Positions 1-8,413 of a stretch of 64,000 nt of DNA are shown here, piece after piece. The DNA is taken from assembly GCA_043800705.1 (NCBI GenBank), contig JAZDMS010000010.1, forward strand, positions 128,001-192,000, read 5' to 3'. Every line of letters begins with the position of its first letter. Position 1 is the stretch's first letter. The DNA comes from Candidatus Altiarchaeota archaeon. GTDB lineage: Archaea; Altiarchaeota; Altiarchaeia; IMC4; SCGC-AAA252-I15. The notes under the pieces are model-generated. The model did no database searches. It was not told the DNA's origin and saw nothing but the letters and a program-made list of their open reading frames with translations. A program made the translations under genes and the position numbers.

Positions 1-81
1 ATCAAGGACAAGGATATAGTACTCTTTATTCAACAAAATGGCAAATTCATTGTCCAGATTCATCGGGGCGATAAAACATGA
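1..81 (+). CDS. possible 3' end of a CDS entering the window
   Basis: Frame 1 reads IKDKDIVLFIQQNGKFIVQIHRGDKT* to TGA at 79-81; too short to identify. Confidence 0.3.
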   Translation: MKDKDIVLFIQQNGKFIVQIHRGDKT

Positions 82-214
82 TAATTGGGGCTGCCTGCGT
101 ACGACTGAATAGGAAAGGTCAGGGAATAATTGAAATTCCGAAACTGGTCTACTATACGATACTTAGCAAAGCTGAATACTCCCTTGAATTAGTGTCGTAA
201 ACGGAAAAAATAAA

Positions 215-835
215 ATGGACGTGACTAAAGCAATAAAAAAACGTAGGAGTATCAGAAAATACTCCCCCAAAGCTGTCCCTCTACACAAGATAATGGAAAT
301 CCTAGATGCGGCAAGACTGGCACCATCTGGATGTAACGTACAACCTACTCGCTTCATCCTAATCCGGTCTGCCAGGATGAAAGAGAAATTAAAAAAGAAA
401 AAAGTTTTCCCCCAGGACTGGGTATATACCGCTCCATTGATAATAGTGTACTGCGGGAATCCAAAAGATTACGGAAACTTTGAAGGCGCAAAATATCAGC
501 AAGAAGACGGTACATTACCTACGGATATTACTAAAGTTTACCCTTATTTTAGTGATCCGGAAGAACGAACACTAAAAGATCTTTCTATATCCTCAGCATT
601 CACTATGTTACGAGCTGTTGAATTAGGCCTTGGAACTTGTTATATAGGGTTAGTCGATCGGGTAAAAATAAAAACCATATTGAAAATTCCAAAGAACTTT
701 ATTATTCCTTTTGCCTTAACGATAGGTTTTCCTGCTGAAAAGCCACATCAAAGAGATAGAAAATCGCTGAAAAAACTCATTTTAAAGATAAAAAATAATG
801 GTCGTAGCCTTAACTATTCCTCATCCAGCAAATAG
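215..835 (+). CDS. nitroreductase family flavoprotein
   Basis: Motifs RRSIRKY, ARLAPSGCNVQP, LGLGTCYIG and LTIGFP. Confidence 0.9.
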   Translation: MDVTKAIKKRRSIRKYSPKAVPLHKIMEILDAARLAPSGCNVQPTRFILIRSARMKEKLKKKKVFPQDWVYTAPLIIVYCGNPKDYGNFEGAKYQQEDGTLPTDITKVYPYFSDPEERTLKDLSISSAFTMLRAVELGLGTCYIGLVDRVKIKTILKIPKNFIIPFALTIGFPAEKPHQRDRKSLKKLILKIKNNGRSLNYSSSSK

Positions 836-1859
836 GGTCTGATATATTGTGGTCTCCTGCTATTAATGAGGCAGCAGCCCTGCAACCCCAGCAAAATGTA
901 TTCTTTTCGCATTTGCTGCAATGTCCTTTAATTTTTTTTGGCTCATGGAGTTCCTTACATAACAGTGTGTCGCTGTTTTCTTCGAATAGTTCTTTGAATC
1001 GTCTCTTATGAACGCTACCGACATATGTCGGTAGCACCATCGAACACGACATTACATCGCCATGATAATTTATCACACATTTAGTTCCGCAGTAAAATTT
1101 TGTACCGAATCCCGGGCCGCTAAGGATTCCATCCTTAGAGTTCCGGTACATGTACACTTCCCTCATCTCATCAAATGTTGGTGAGAGCCTGTCTGTCTTC
1201 TTTGCCAGGCCAAATGCCCGATAGGGGTAGAGTATGACCGAAATCCCTTTTTCATCATATGCCCAGTCGATCGTTTCCTTATAGTCAGCATCCTCTATTA
1301 ATGGTTTTGTAACCGTGATTGCCAACGCAACATTATCTGGACAGAAGCCGCTATCCAAGAGGTTCTCTAATCCAAGGATCTGTTTTTCAAGGTATTCCAG
1401 ACGGCTATAATGCGTTTTTTTAAACACTTTCTCGCTTAATGTGTCTATGTGAATATGTGCCAGGTCAACAATTTCGTTGACATTTTCTAGATTTTTTTTA
1501 TTTACTAATGGTGCACCATTTGTCATAAGAAGATTGGATAGTCCTTTCTCCTTTGCATAGGCCATTATCTCAAACCAGTTACTTCTTGTTAGAGGTTCTC
1601 CACCCCCCCAGTTTATCTGTCTAGCTCCTAAATCAGATATGTCATCGACTATTTCATGGAGTTTAATATCATCTATTTTTTTTACATTTTCAGGAACTGA
1701 TTCTGCGTAACAGTAACTACACCCACCGTCACAGAAAGACGTTAATCCCACCTCTACCGTATAAAGCCTGCACTCGTCGAAGAATTTTATCTGTTCCTCT
1801 ATGTCGTTCGTGAACCCTTTTCTGACTTTATTTTTACAATTTATGAAATTTTCCATCAT
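810..1859 (-). CDS. radical SAM protein with SPASM domain
   Basis: CDGGCSYC (CxxxCxxC), GGGEP, TNG; C-terminal C..GDVMSC..CSKC...CWGCRA...C. Confidence 0.9.
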   Translation of the reverse strand: MMENFINCKNKVRKGFTNDIEEQIKFFDECRLYTVEVGLTSFCDGGCSYCYAESVPENVKKIDDIKLHEIVDDISDLGARQINWGGGEPLTRSNWFEIMAYAKEKGLSNLLMTNGAPLVNKKNLENVNEIVDLAHIHIDTLSEKVFKKTHYSRLEYLEKQILGLENLLDSGFCPDNVALAITVTKPLIEDADYKETIDWAYDEKGISVILYPYRAFGLAKKTDRLSPTFDEMREVYMYRNSKDGILSGPGFGTKFYCGTKCVINYHGDVMSCSMVLPTYVGSVHKRRFKELFEENSDTLLCKELHEPKKIKGHCSKCEKNTFCWGCRAAASLIAGDHNISDPICWMRNS

Positions 1860-2830
1860 TTCCCCCTCGCTTTATCCAACTCTTTTAACCTTTTTCTGAG
1901 TTCACTGAATATCCTATCCTTTTCCGGCCCTGAAATGTCGATTGCATTTTCGCAGTTTTTTTGGAATTCCTCTTTTGCCCTAATTGCGGTTGACGACGAT
2001 TTTATGTATATCCCCCCAATTGCCATTTGTTTGGAATCCCTTACAAACATGAAATAGTCTTGTAATACCTCGCCCTCTGGGAGTAGTACATCCATCCCAT
2101 ATGGGAATTCTGTATACATCACCTTCAGATTTTTATTGAGTGAGACTAGGCTTTCGAGGTTTGTGATCGCAGCATCGCATTCTTTGATCGCCATATCATG
2201 GTCATTGTGTATGCTCATGAATCTATCATAAGGATATTCGATCGAAAGGCTTGTCAGATAGTTTATTTCGAGACTTTTTTCCTTAAAGCATTTTCTTCGC
2301 ATAACCTCTAAGTATCTTTCTAACTTTAATCCATCTGAGAGCGTATATGGATAACTTATATTTGTGAATTTTGAAACTACGTAATATCTCTTAGAACGTT
2401 CGAGAAGTTTCGCGATCTTATCAAACATTTCATTATATTCAAGGTATTCTACCATGGGTTTTTCGGGATTAGCTGTCGTCTTCTTGAAGTATTCTTCCAG
2501 TTCGCCTGACAGTTGTTCATAGTGTGTTATCTTCTGTTGGTATTCGGTCTTTCTTTGGTCTAGTGTTTTTTTGAGGCCTTCTAGGTTCAGTTTGTAGTTG
2601 GCCTCGCCTTCTCGCGTCAGGAAGTCTTTGTCTTGGAGTATCTTCATCTGTCTGAAGAGGTTGCTTTTTTGGATTCCTCCCCCGAAATCCTTTGCGTAGG
2701 TCAGTTCGATCTCTTTCGGGGAGGCGGCCTTGTTCTTCGAGGATAGCTTATAGACCGTCTTCAGAAGGTTCAGCTGCTGGTCAGTTATGCCGAGGATGCC
2801 TGGAGCATCTATGTCCTCGATTTTAGCCAT
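1856..2830 (-). CDS. putative TrmB-like transcriptional regulator (wHTH, coiled coil, sensor domain)
   Basis: N-terminal wHTH-like segment SPKEIE..IQKSNLFRQMKILQDKDFL followed by a coiled coil; 4-nt overlap with the rSAM gene. Confidence 0.6.
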   Translation of the reverse strand: MAKIEDIDAPGILGITDQQLNLLKTVYKLSSKNKAASPKEIELTYAKDFGGGIQKSNLFRQMKILQDKDFLTREGEANYKLNLEGLKKTLDQRKTEYQQKITHYEQLSGELEEYFKKTTANPEKPMVEYLEYNEMFDKIAKLLERSKRYYVVSKFTNISYPYTLSDGLKLERYLEVMRRKCFKEKSLEINYLTSLSIEYPYDRFMSIHNDHDMAIKECDAAITNLESLVSLNKNLKVMYTEFPYGMDVLLPEGEVLQDYFMFVRDSKQMAIGGIYIKSSSTAIRAKEEFQKNCENAIDISGPEKDRIFSELRKRLKELDKARGK

Positions 2831-2881
2831 CTACTCAGTCCCCCTACTATCTGATAGGAACAAACCTTTAAATATTAATGG

Positions 2882-2907
2882 GTGTACGAGTGTAAACACT
2901 AGTACAC
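2882..2907. promoter_or_regulatory. imperfect palindrome, putative operator
   Basis: GTGTAC-G-AGTGT-AA-ACACT-A-GTACAC just upstream of the regulator's AT-rich TATA region. Confidence 0.5.
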
Positions 2908-2965
2908 TACATTATGATAGTACTTTTTAAATAAATCTGACAAGAAGATAACCAAAGTAAGTAAA

Positions 2966-2982
2966 TTTGACATAATGTCAAA
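2966..2982. promoter_or_regulatory. palindrome with perfect 8-bp arms, putative operator
   Basis: TTTGACAT-A-ATGTCAAA in the divergent intergenic region. Confidence 0.55.
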
Positions 2983-2984
2983 AA

Positions 2985-3113
2985 ATGGGGTGTATGGGGA
3001 TGGATTTGTCTGCGTTTTTGGGGTTTGTGGTGTTCGGGGAATTGTTGACGTTTTTTTGGATGCTGGAAGTGGCCGATAAGCGCATTACCTGCCATCCTTA
3101 TGGGGTGCTCTGA
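2985..3113 (+). CDS. putative small membrane peptide (not in ORF track)
   Basis: MGCMGMDLSAFLGFVVFGELLTFFWMLEVADKRITCHPYGVL*; TGATG coupling to the next ORF. Confidence 0.35.
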   Translation: MGCMGMDLSAFLGFVVFGELLTFFWMLEVADKRITCHPYGVL

Positions 3114-3337
3114 TGTCTGCATACTTTGATCTTTCCAGGTGGGGTCTGTTCGCCGGATTCACTTCCATGATCGATAGGTTGGCCGAGGATGAGGCCGTCG
3201 ATTACGAGTTCGACCCTGCGGAGGCCGACTTCGTCGTGGTCTCGGAGCTGAAGGGTTGCGACCCTGCGGCGGAGACTGCGAAGCTGCGGGGCCATATAGT
3301 CGTCTCTTTGGAGGGCGAGGATGCCGAAGAGGGGTGA
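3113..3337 (+). CDS. small acidic hypothetical protein
   Basis: 74-aa ORF with host-like codon usage; ends in a GGGGTGA that doubles as an RBS for the next ORF. Confidence 0.5.
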   Translation: MSAYFDLSRWGLFAGFTSMIDRLAEDEAVDYEFDPAEADFVVVSELKGCDPAAETAKLRGHIVVSLEGEDAEEG

Positions 3338-3344
3338 GGGGGGT

Positions 3345-3563
3345 GTGGGGGTCATCCTCCATCACCTTGTCGGTGAGGTCTGCTGTGTCACGAAGACCAT
3401 CAAGGCCAGGCAGGCGGGTTTAGTCCGCATTTGGGGGAAGGATTTCGAGGCAACGGGGGAGACGAAGATCCCGAGGGGCCGGTGGGTCCGGGTCATCGCT
3501 CATAGCGACGAAAATCTGGAAGTCGTCCCGTTGAACGTGTGGCTCGGCAGCTGCTGCTGCTGA
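3345..3563 (+). CDS. stand-alone NfeD-like C-terminal OB-fold protein
   Basis: LVGEVCCVTKTI...GLVRIWGKDFEA...IPRGRWVRVI...LEVVP fits the NfeD C-domain pattern; GTG start after RBS. Confidence 0.7.
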   Translation: MGVILHHLVGEVCCVTKTIKARQAGLVRIWGKDFEATGETKIPRGRWVRVIAHSDENLEVVPLNVWLGSCCC

Positions 3564-3604
3564 GGTTTTTTCATATTTATAGTCTCTTCGGTTACCTATT
3601 TATC

Positions 3605-3820
3605 ATGGCAATGGACTACAACGTCATCATCGAGGAGGGAACCGACGGTTATCTGATATCGGAGGTCATAGAGCTGCCTGGGTGCCATACGCAGGCGAAA
3701 AACTTGGACGAGCTTATGAAGAGGACCAAGGAAGCGATTTCATTATACCTAAAATGCTCAAAGGGCGTCAAGGCTGAAGGAAGGTTCATCGGCGTACAGA
3801 AGGTAACAGTCGGTGCCTAG
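3605..3820 (+). CDS. hicB: HicB family antitoxin (UPF0150)
   Basis: YNVIIEEGTDGYLISEVIELPGCHTQAKNLDELMKRTKEAISLYL. Confidence 0.9.
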   Translation: MAMDYNVIIEEGTDGYLISEVIELPGCHTQAKNLDELMKRTKEAISLYLKCSKGVKAEGRFIGVQKVTVGA

Positions 3821-4047
3821 ATGGCGAAGCTGCCCATGCTCTCTGCAAGAGAAATGCCAAAATCCTGAAATCGATGGGATTCGCCTTCGTCCGCCAGGAA
3901 GGAAGCCATATGTTCTTCCGGCATATGGATGGCAGGACAACGGTTGTCCCGAATCACCGGGGAGAAGACCTTGATAGGGGATTGCTGAGCAAGATTATAA
4001 AGAAAGACCTGAAGATGGAAGTCGAAGAGTTCTTGAAATGCAAATAA
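3821..4047 (+). pseudogene. hicA: HicA toxin, frameshifted (1-bp deletion near 3855)
   Basis: MAKLPMLSARE, then in a shifted frame AKILKSMGFAFVRQEGSHMFFRHMDGRTTVVPNHRGEDLDRGLLSKIIKKDLKMEVEEFLKCK*; GSH motif present. Confidence 0.85.
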
Positions 4048-4084
4048 CGGCTCTATTTAAATATCTTTTGTCTATTCTGTAGGG

Positions 4085-4564
4085 ATGGATGTCACGGTGA
4101 TGATAGAGATCCCCAAGGGTAGCAGGAACAAGTACGAGTACGACAAGCACAGGGGCGCGATAAAGTTCGACAGGATGCTCTTCTCCTCCGTCCATTACCC
4201 TACCGATTACGGCTTCATCCCCGGCACGCTCGCCAAGGACGGCGACCCGTTGGATGCGCTCGTCCTCGTATGGGAGCCGACGTTCCCCGGCTGCATCATC
4301 GAGGCGAAACCTATTGGCGTTTTCCTGATGGAGGATGAGAAGGGCGTGGACGAGAAGATACTGTGCGTCCCCCTCCATGACCCCCAGTGGAACCACTTAA
4401 AATCGTTGAAGGACGTCCCCCCACACCTACTCAAGGAGATCGAGCATTTCTTCACCATCTACAAGGACCTGGAAGGCAAAAAGGTCAAGGTAGAGGGTTG
4501 GGCCGATAAGGAAGCCGCTTTGAGGATCATCAAGGAATCCAAGGCCATGTACAAGAACGGTTGA
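4085..4564 (+). CDS. ppa: family I inorganic pyrophosphatase
   Basis: IEIPKGSRNKYE, YPTDYGFIP, DGDPLD, DEK; TTTAAA box about 25 nt upstream. Confidence 0.95.
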   Translation: MDVTVMIEIPKGSRNKYEYDKHRGAIKFDRMLFSSVHYPTDYGFIPGTLAKDGDPLDALVLVWEPTFPGCIIEAKPIGVFLMEDEKGVDEKILCVPLHDPQWNHLKSLKDVPPHLLKEIEHFFTIYKDLEGKKVKVEGWADKEAALRIIKESKAMYKNG

Positions 4565-5424
4565 GTATGGACTCTCGGGTCATGGGCGTCTTATCCCTTG
4601 TTTTGGCGTCATTTTTCATGGGGATGAACGGGGTTTTTTTGGTTCCCCTAAACAGTCGTCTGCCCATGTGGGAGATAGTGGGTCTGCGTTTTGTCCTGAC
4701 GTTCGTTTGTGTCGCCATACTGGCTGCCGCCCTGGGAAAGGGTTCAAAGACAAAGGACCTGAAAGGCGAGGTCGCGATGGGCCTCATCGGCGGAGTACTC
4801 ATCCTGTCCTATTTCCTCTCGATAGTCTCTTTGGGCTTGTCGGTGGCTGCGCTGCTCCTGTATACTGCCCCTTTGTTCGGCACCGTTTTTTCGCATTTCA
4901 TCCTTGGCGAGCGGATTCGGCGGGCGCATGTCATCTGCCTCATGACTGCGTTCATTGGCCTGCTCATGGTACTGAAGCCGAGCCTCTTCCTGGACCCCAG
5001 ACTTTTAGTGGGTGTCGTCGCACCTGTCTGCTATGGGTTCAAAATGGTCTATAACCGGCGTCTTGGCAGAGTAGACTCGACATGGGTCATCACCTACTAC
5101 TATATGCTTGTTCCATCTGTCCTTTTTTTAGCCTACTTGGCGATGAACTCCTGGGCGTTCGTGGTGCCTGTCATGGGTGACCTGCCCTATCTCGGCGGGC
5201 TTGTCCTTCTGTGTTCCGTCATCGGACTACTCCTGCAGCACTATGGGGCCTCGGTCCTGGATGTGTCTGTGAGCAGCGTAGTCCTGATGTCGGAGGCGGT
5301 CTTTTCCGTGCTTTTTGGCATCATGGTGTTCGGTGAAAGACTCGATGCAGGCACCTTGGTGGGCGGTCTGCTGGTGATTGCATCAGGGGCGTACCTAGGA
5401 TTTACTCGCAATGTTGATAATTAA
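4561..5424 (+). CDS. EamA/DMT family transporter
   Basis: About 10 TM segments in two repeats with LGER/FGER motifs. Confidence 0.85.
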   Translation: MSMDSRVMGVLSLVLASFFMGMNGVFLVPLNSRLPMWEIVGLRFVLTFVCVAILAAALGKGSKTKDLKGEVAMGLIGGVLILSYFLSIVSLGLSVAALLLYTAPLFGTVFSHFILGERIRRAHVICLMTAFIGLLMVLKPSLFLDPRLLVGVVAPVCYGFKMVYNRRLGRVDSTWVITYYYMLVPSVLFLAYLAMNSWAFVVPVMGDLPYLGGLVLLCSVIGLLLQHYGASVLDVSVSSVVLMSEAVFSVLFGIMVFGERLDAGTLVGGLLVIASGAYLGFTRNVDN

Positions 5425-5536
5425 TTCATTTTTTTATTCGATTATTAATGATTTTTTCATAAAATAGTCAGGTATTTATAGTGGATTGTCCATATTATCT
5501 GTATTAATCTTCTCTTGTACCTATTCGGTGAAATAA

Positions 5537-7645
5537 ATGGCTGAAACAAAAAACCAGGAAACGGACGAGATCTCTAAAATCTACGGGCAGAATGTCTTCA
5601 ACCTGAAGGCCATGGCGGAGTTCCTGCCTGCGAACGTCTTCAGCGCAGTGAAGGCCACCATTGAAAAAGGGGAGCCTCTTGCGCAGGGCCTTGCAGGAGA
5701 CGTCGCCGAGGGGATGAAGCGGTGGGCTTTAAGCAAGGGCGCCACGCATTACACTCACTGGTTTCAGCCGATGACCGGGCTGACGGCGGAGAAGCACGAC
5801 TCGTTCGTCTACCCGACGAGGGAGGGCGGGATGATAGTGAAGTTCTCCGGGAAGGAACTCACCCAAGGAGAGCCCGATGCGTCGAGCTTCCCGTCGGGGG
5901 GCCTGAGGGCGACGTTCGAGGCCAGGGGATACACCGCCTGGGACCCGACCAGTCCCGCGTTCATCAAGTACGTCGAAGATGCGCCGACCCTATGCATACC
6001 GACGGCGTTCATCTCATACCACGGCGAGTGCCTCGACAAGAAGACGCCGCTTCTGCGCTCGATGCAGGCCTTGTCGAATTCGACGAGGCGGCTTCTGAAG
6101 CTGTTCGACGGAGCCGTCCCTGACGGGAAGGCATACGCGACTTTGGGCGCCGAGCAGGAGTATTTCCTCATCGACCGGGAGTTCTACCTGTCGAGGCCCG
6201 ACCTCATCCTTACCGGCAGGACGCTGTTCGGAAGGAGGCCGGCGAAGCACCAGCAGATGGAGGACCACTATTTCGGCTCCATCAAGCGGAGGATCGTGGC
6301 GTTCATGGAGGACGTGGACCGGGAGTGCTGGAAGCTCGGCATCCCCGCGAAGACGCGCCACAACGAGGTCGCGCCTGCGCAGTTCGAGATAGCGCCGGTC
6401 TTTGAGGAGCTGAACCTCGCAGTCGACCACAACATGATGGTCATGCAGATCCTGAAGGAGACTGCTGAAAGGCACGGACTCGTCTGCCTCATGCACGAGA
6501 AGCCGTTTGCCGGCATCAACGGCTCCGGGAAGCACAACAACTGGAGCCTTTCGGCGCCGGACGGGAAGAACCTCATTGACCCCGGGAAGAACCCGCATGA
6601 GAACGCGAAGTTCCTGACCGTCCTTTGCGCCATCTTGGGGGGTGTGGACCGGCATGCGAGGCTCTTGAGGATGTCGGTGAGCTCGGCGGGCAACGATCAC
6701 AGGCTCGGAGCCAACGAGGCGCCGCCGGCCATAGTGTCCGTGTTCCTGGGGGAGCAGCTGACGGAAATAATCGGCCAGATGGAGGCGGGGGCTGCGAAGA
6801 CCAGCAAAGCCAATGGCGTCATGAAGCTGGGGGTCACATCGTTGCCGGATTTCCCGAAGGACGTCACCGACAGGAACAGGACGTCGCCGTTCGCGTTCAC
6901 GGGCACGAAGTTCGAGTTCAGGATGGTGGGTTCTGCCATCTCATGCTCGGGCCCGAACACGGTGCTCAACACGATCGTCGCTGAATCGCTGGATGAGATA
7001 TCCGACGGGCTGGATGCTGCCAAAGCCAAAGGTGAGGACTTCAACAAGGCCCTGCAGGGTATTCTGCAGGATATCGTGAAGAAGCACAAGAGGATAATCT
7101 TCAACGGAGACAACTACACGAAGGAATGGGAGAGGGAGGCCGCAAGGCGCGGTTTGCCGAACATCAAGACTACCGATGAGGCGATTAAGGCGTTGACGTC
7201 AAAGGAGACGGTCGCCTTGTTCGAGAAGTATGGGGTCCTGTCCCGGGTGGAGTTGGACTCGAGGTATCACATCTTCAAGGAGGCGTACGAGAAGACGATA
7301 GACTTCGAAGGAAACTGCGCGCTGGATATGGCGAAGACCATGATCCTGCCTGCAGCGCTGAAGAGGCAGACGAGGCTCGCGAAGGGCATCTCAGCATTGA
7401 AGAAGGCCGGGGTGAGCGTCCCATCGAAGACGGGTATGCGCAGGCAGCTGACTAAGGTCGGCGGCCTTGTTGCGAGGCTCTATGTCGAGTCGGACGCCCT
7501 TGAGAGGGCCTTGGCTAAGAGGGATGCGAAGGCCGTCCTAAGGTGCATGACAGCATTGAGGGTCGTTGCTGACGCGTTGGAGGGTGAAGTGGACGAGAGT
7601 TCATGGCCTCTGCCGAAGTACAGGGACATGCTGTTCATCTACTAG
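5537..7645 (+). CDS. glnA: glutamine synthetase type III
   Basis: THWFQPMTGLTAEKHD, GEPDASSFPSGGLRATFEARGYTAWD, GINGSGKHNNWS, DRNRTSPFAFTG, WPLPKY; 702 aa. Confidence 0.95.
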   Translation: MAETKNQETDEISKIYGQNVFNLKAMAEFLPANVFSAVKATIEKGEPLAQGLAGDVAEGMKRWALSKGATHYTHWFQPMTGLTAEKHDSFVYPTREGGMIVKFSGKELTQGEPDASSFPSGGLRATFEARGYTAWDPTSPAFIKYVEDAPTLCIPTAFISYHGECLDKKTPLLRSMQALSNSTRRLLKLFDGAVPDGKAYATLGAEQEYFLIDREFYLSRPDLILTGRTLFGRRPAKHQQMEDHYFGSIKRRIVAFMEDVDRECWKLGIPAKTRHNEVAPAQFEIAPVFEELNLAVDHNMMVMQILKETAERHGLVCLMHEKPFAGINGSGKHNNWSLSAPDGKNLIDPGKNPHENAKFLTVLCAILGGVDRHARLLRMSVSSAGNDHRLGANEAPPAIVSVFLGEQLTEIIGQMEAGAAKTSKANGVMKLGVTSLPDFPKDVTDRNRTSPFAFTGTKFEFRMVGSAISCSGPNTVLNTIVAESLDEISDGLDAAKAKGEDFNKALQGILQDIVKKHKRIIFNGDNYTKEWEREAARRGLPNIKTTDEAIKALTSKETVALFEKYGVLSRVELDSRYHIFKEAYEKTIDFEGNCALDMAKTMILPAALKRQTRLAKGISALKKAGVSVPSKTGMRRQLTKVGGLVARLYVESDALERALAKRDAKAVLRCMTALRVVADALEGEVDESSWPLPKYRDMLFIY

Positions 7646-7687
7646 GGCGGCTTGGCATTCTTATCTTTCATTCGAGTATGGATAATC

Positions 7688-8131
7688 ATGCCCGCATCAG
7701 GGGATATCCTCAAGCAGGCCATCGGTACCGAGCAGGCGGCCTACGAGTTCTATCGCAAGTGTGCGGATGCCACCGCGCAGGAGAACCTGAAGGGGCTTTT
7801 CTCCAAGCTGGCCTCCGAGGAGCTGAAGCATAAGGAGATGCTTTCGAGCCTGAACCCCGAATCCTCGGAGATGGTGGCTTCTTCGATCAGCTGGTTCAAT
7901 GTCGTCGACACGCTGTGGACGTCAAACTCGGAGAACACGAAAAACGTGCGGAACATTTTGGAATTCGCCATGGGGAGGGAGCTGAAGGAGGGGGAATATT
8001 ACAGAAGCCTCTCGGAAATGCTGGCTGAGCCGAGGCTGAAGAGGCTCTGCGCTTCTCTGGCAGTCGTCGAGTCCGGGCACTACAGTCTCCTGAGGGCGGA
8101 ATATGAGCGTTTCATCGGATCGATCCGGTGA
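7688..8131 (+). CDS. ferritin-like/rubrerythrin family protein
   Basis: Paired E..A.EFY and EExxH (EELKH, ESGH) motifs. Confidence 0.85.
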   Translation: MPASGDILKQAIGTEQAAYEFYRKCADATAQENLKGLFSKLASEELKHKEMLSSLNPESSEMVASSISWFNVVDTLWTSNSENTKNVRNILEFAMGRELKEGEYYRSLSEMLAEPRLKRLCASLAVVESGHYSLLRAEYERFIGSIR

Positions 8132-8137
8132 ATCAGA

Positions 8138-8317
8138 TCATTCCGTGGCGGCTGGGACCTGTAATTCCCCAGAGATGCCGCCGCTGTCCCCCCAGTTGTC
8201 ATCGTAGTCGTAGCTGCTGTCTGCGAATCCTGACGGGCCGCATCCTCCGCAGCACAGGCAGCCGGAGCCGGTGAGGACAAGCAGCAGAACCAGCAGAATG
8301 ATCATGTATCCTTTCAT
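8138..8317 (-). CDS. small putative lipoprotein (not in ORF track)
   Basis: MKGYMIILLVLLLVLTGSGCLCCGGCGPSGFADSSYDYDDNWGDSGGISGELQVPAATE*, 59 aa; GGTGA RBS. Confidence 0.65.
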   Translation of the reverse strand: MKGYMIILLVLLLVLTGSGCLCCGGCGPSGFADSSYDYDDNWGDSGGISGELQVPAATE

Positions 8318-8413
8318 AGCATCACCTTGTTCTGGTATTCGAATCGGCGGTTAAAAAATGGCGCGTTTGGCCTATAATTCTCGTATTTATTCACGCAACG
8401 AGGGTAATTAACA

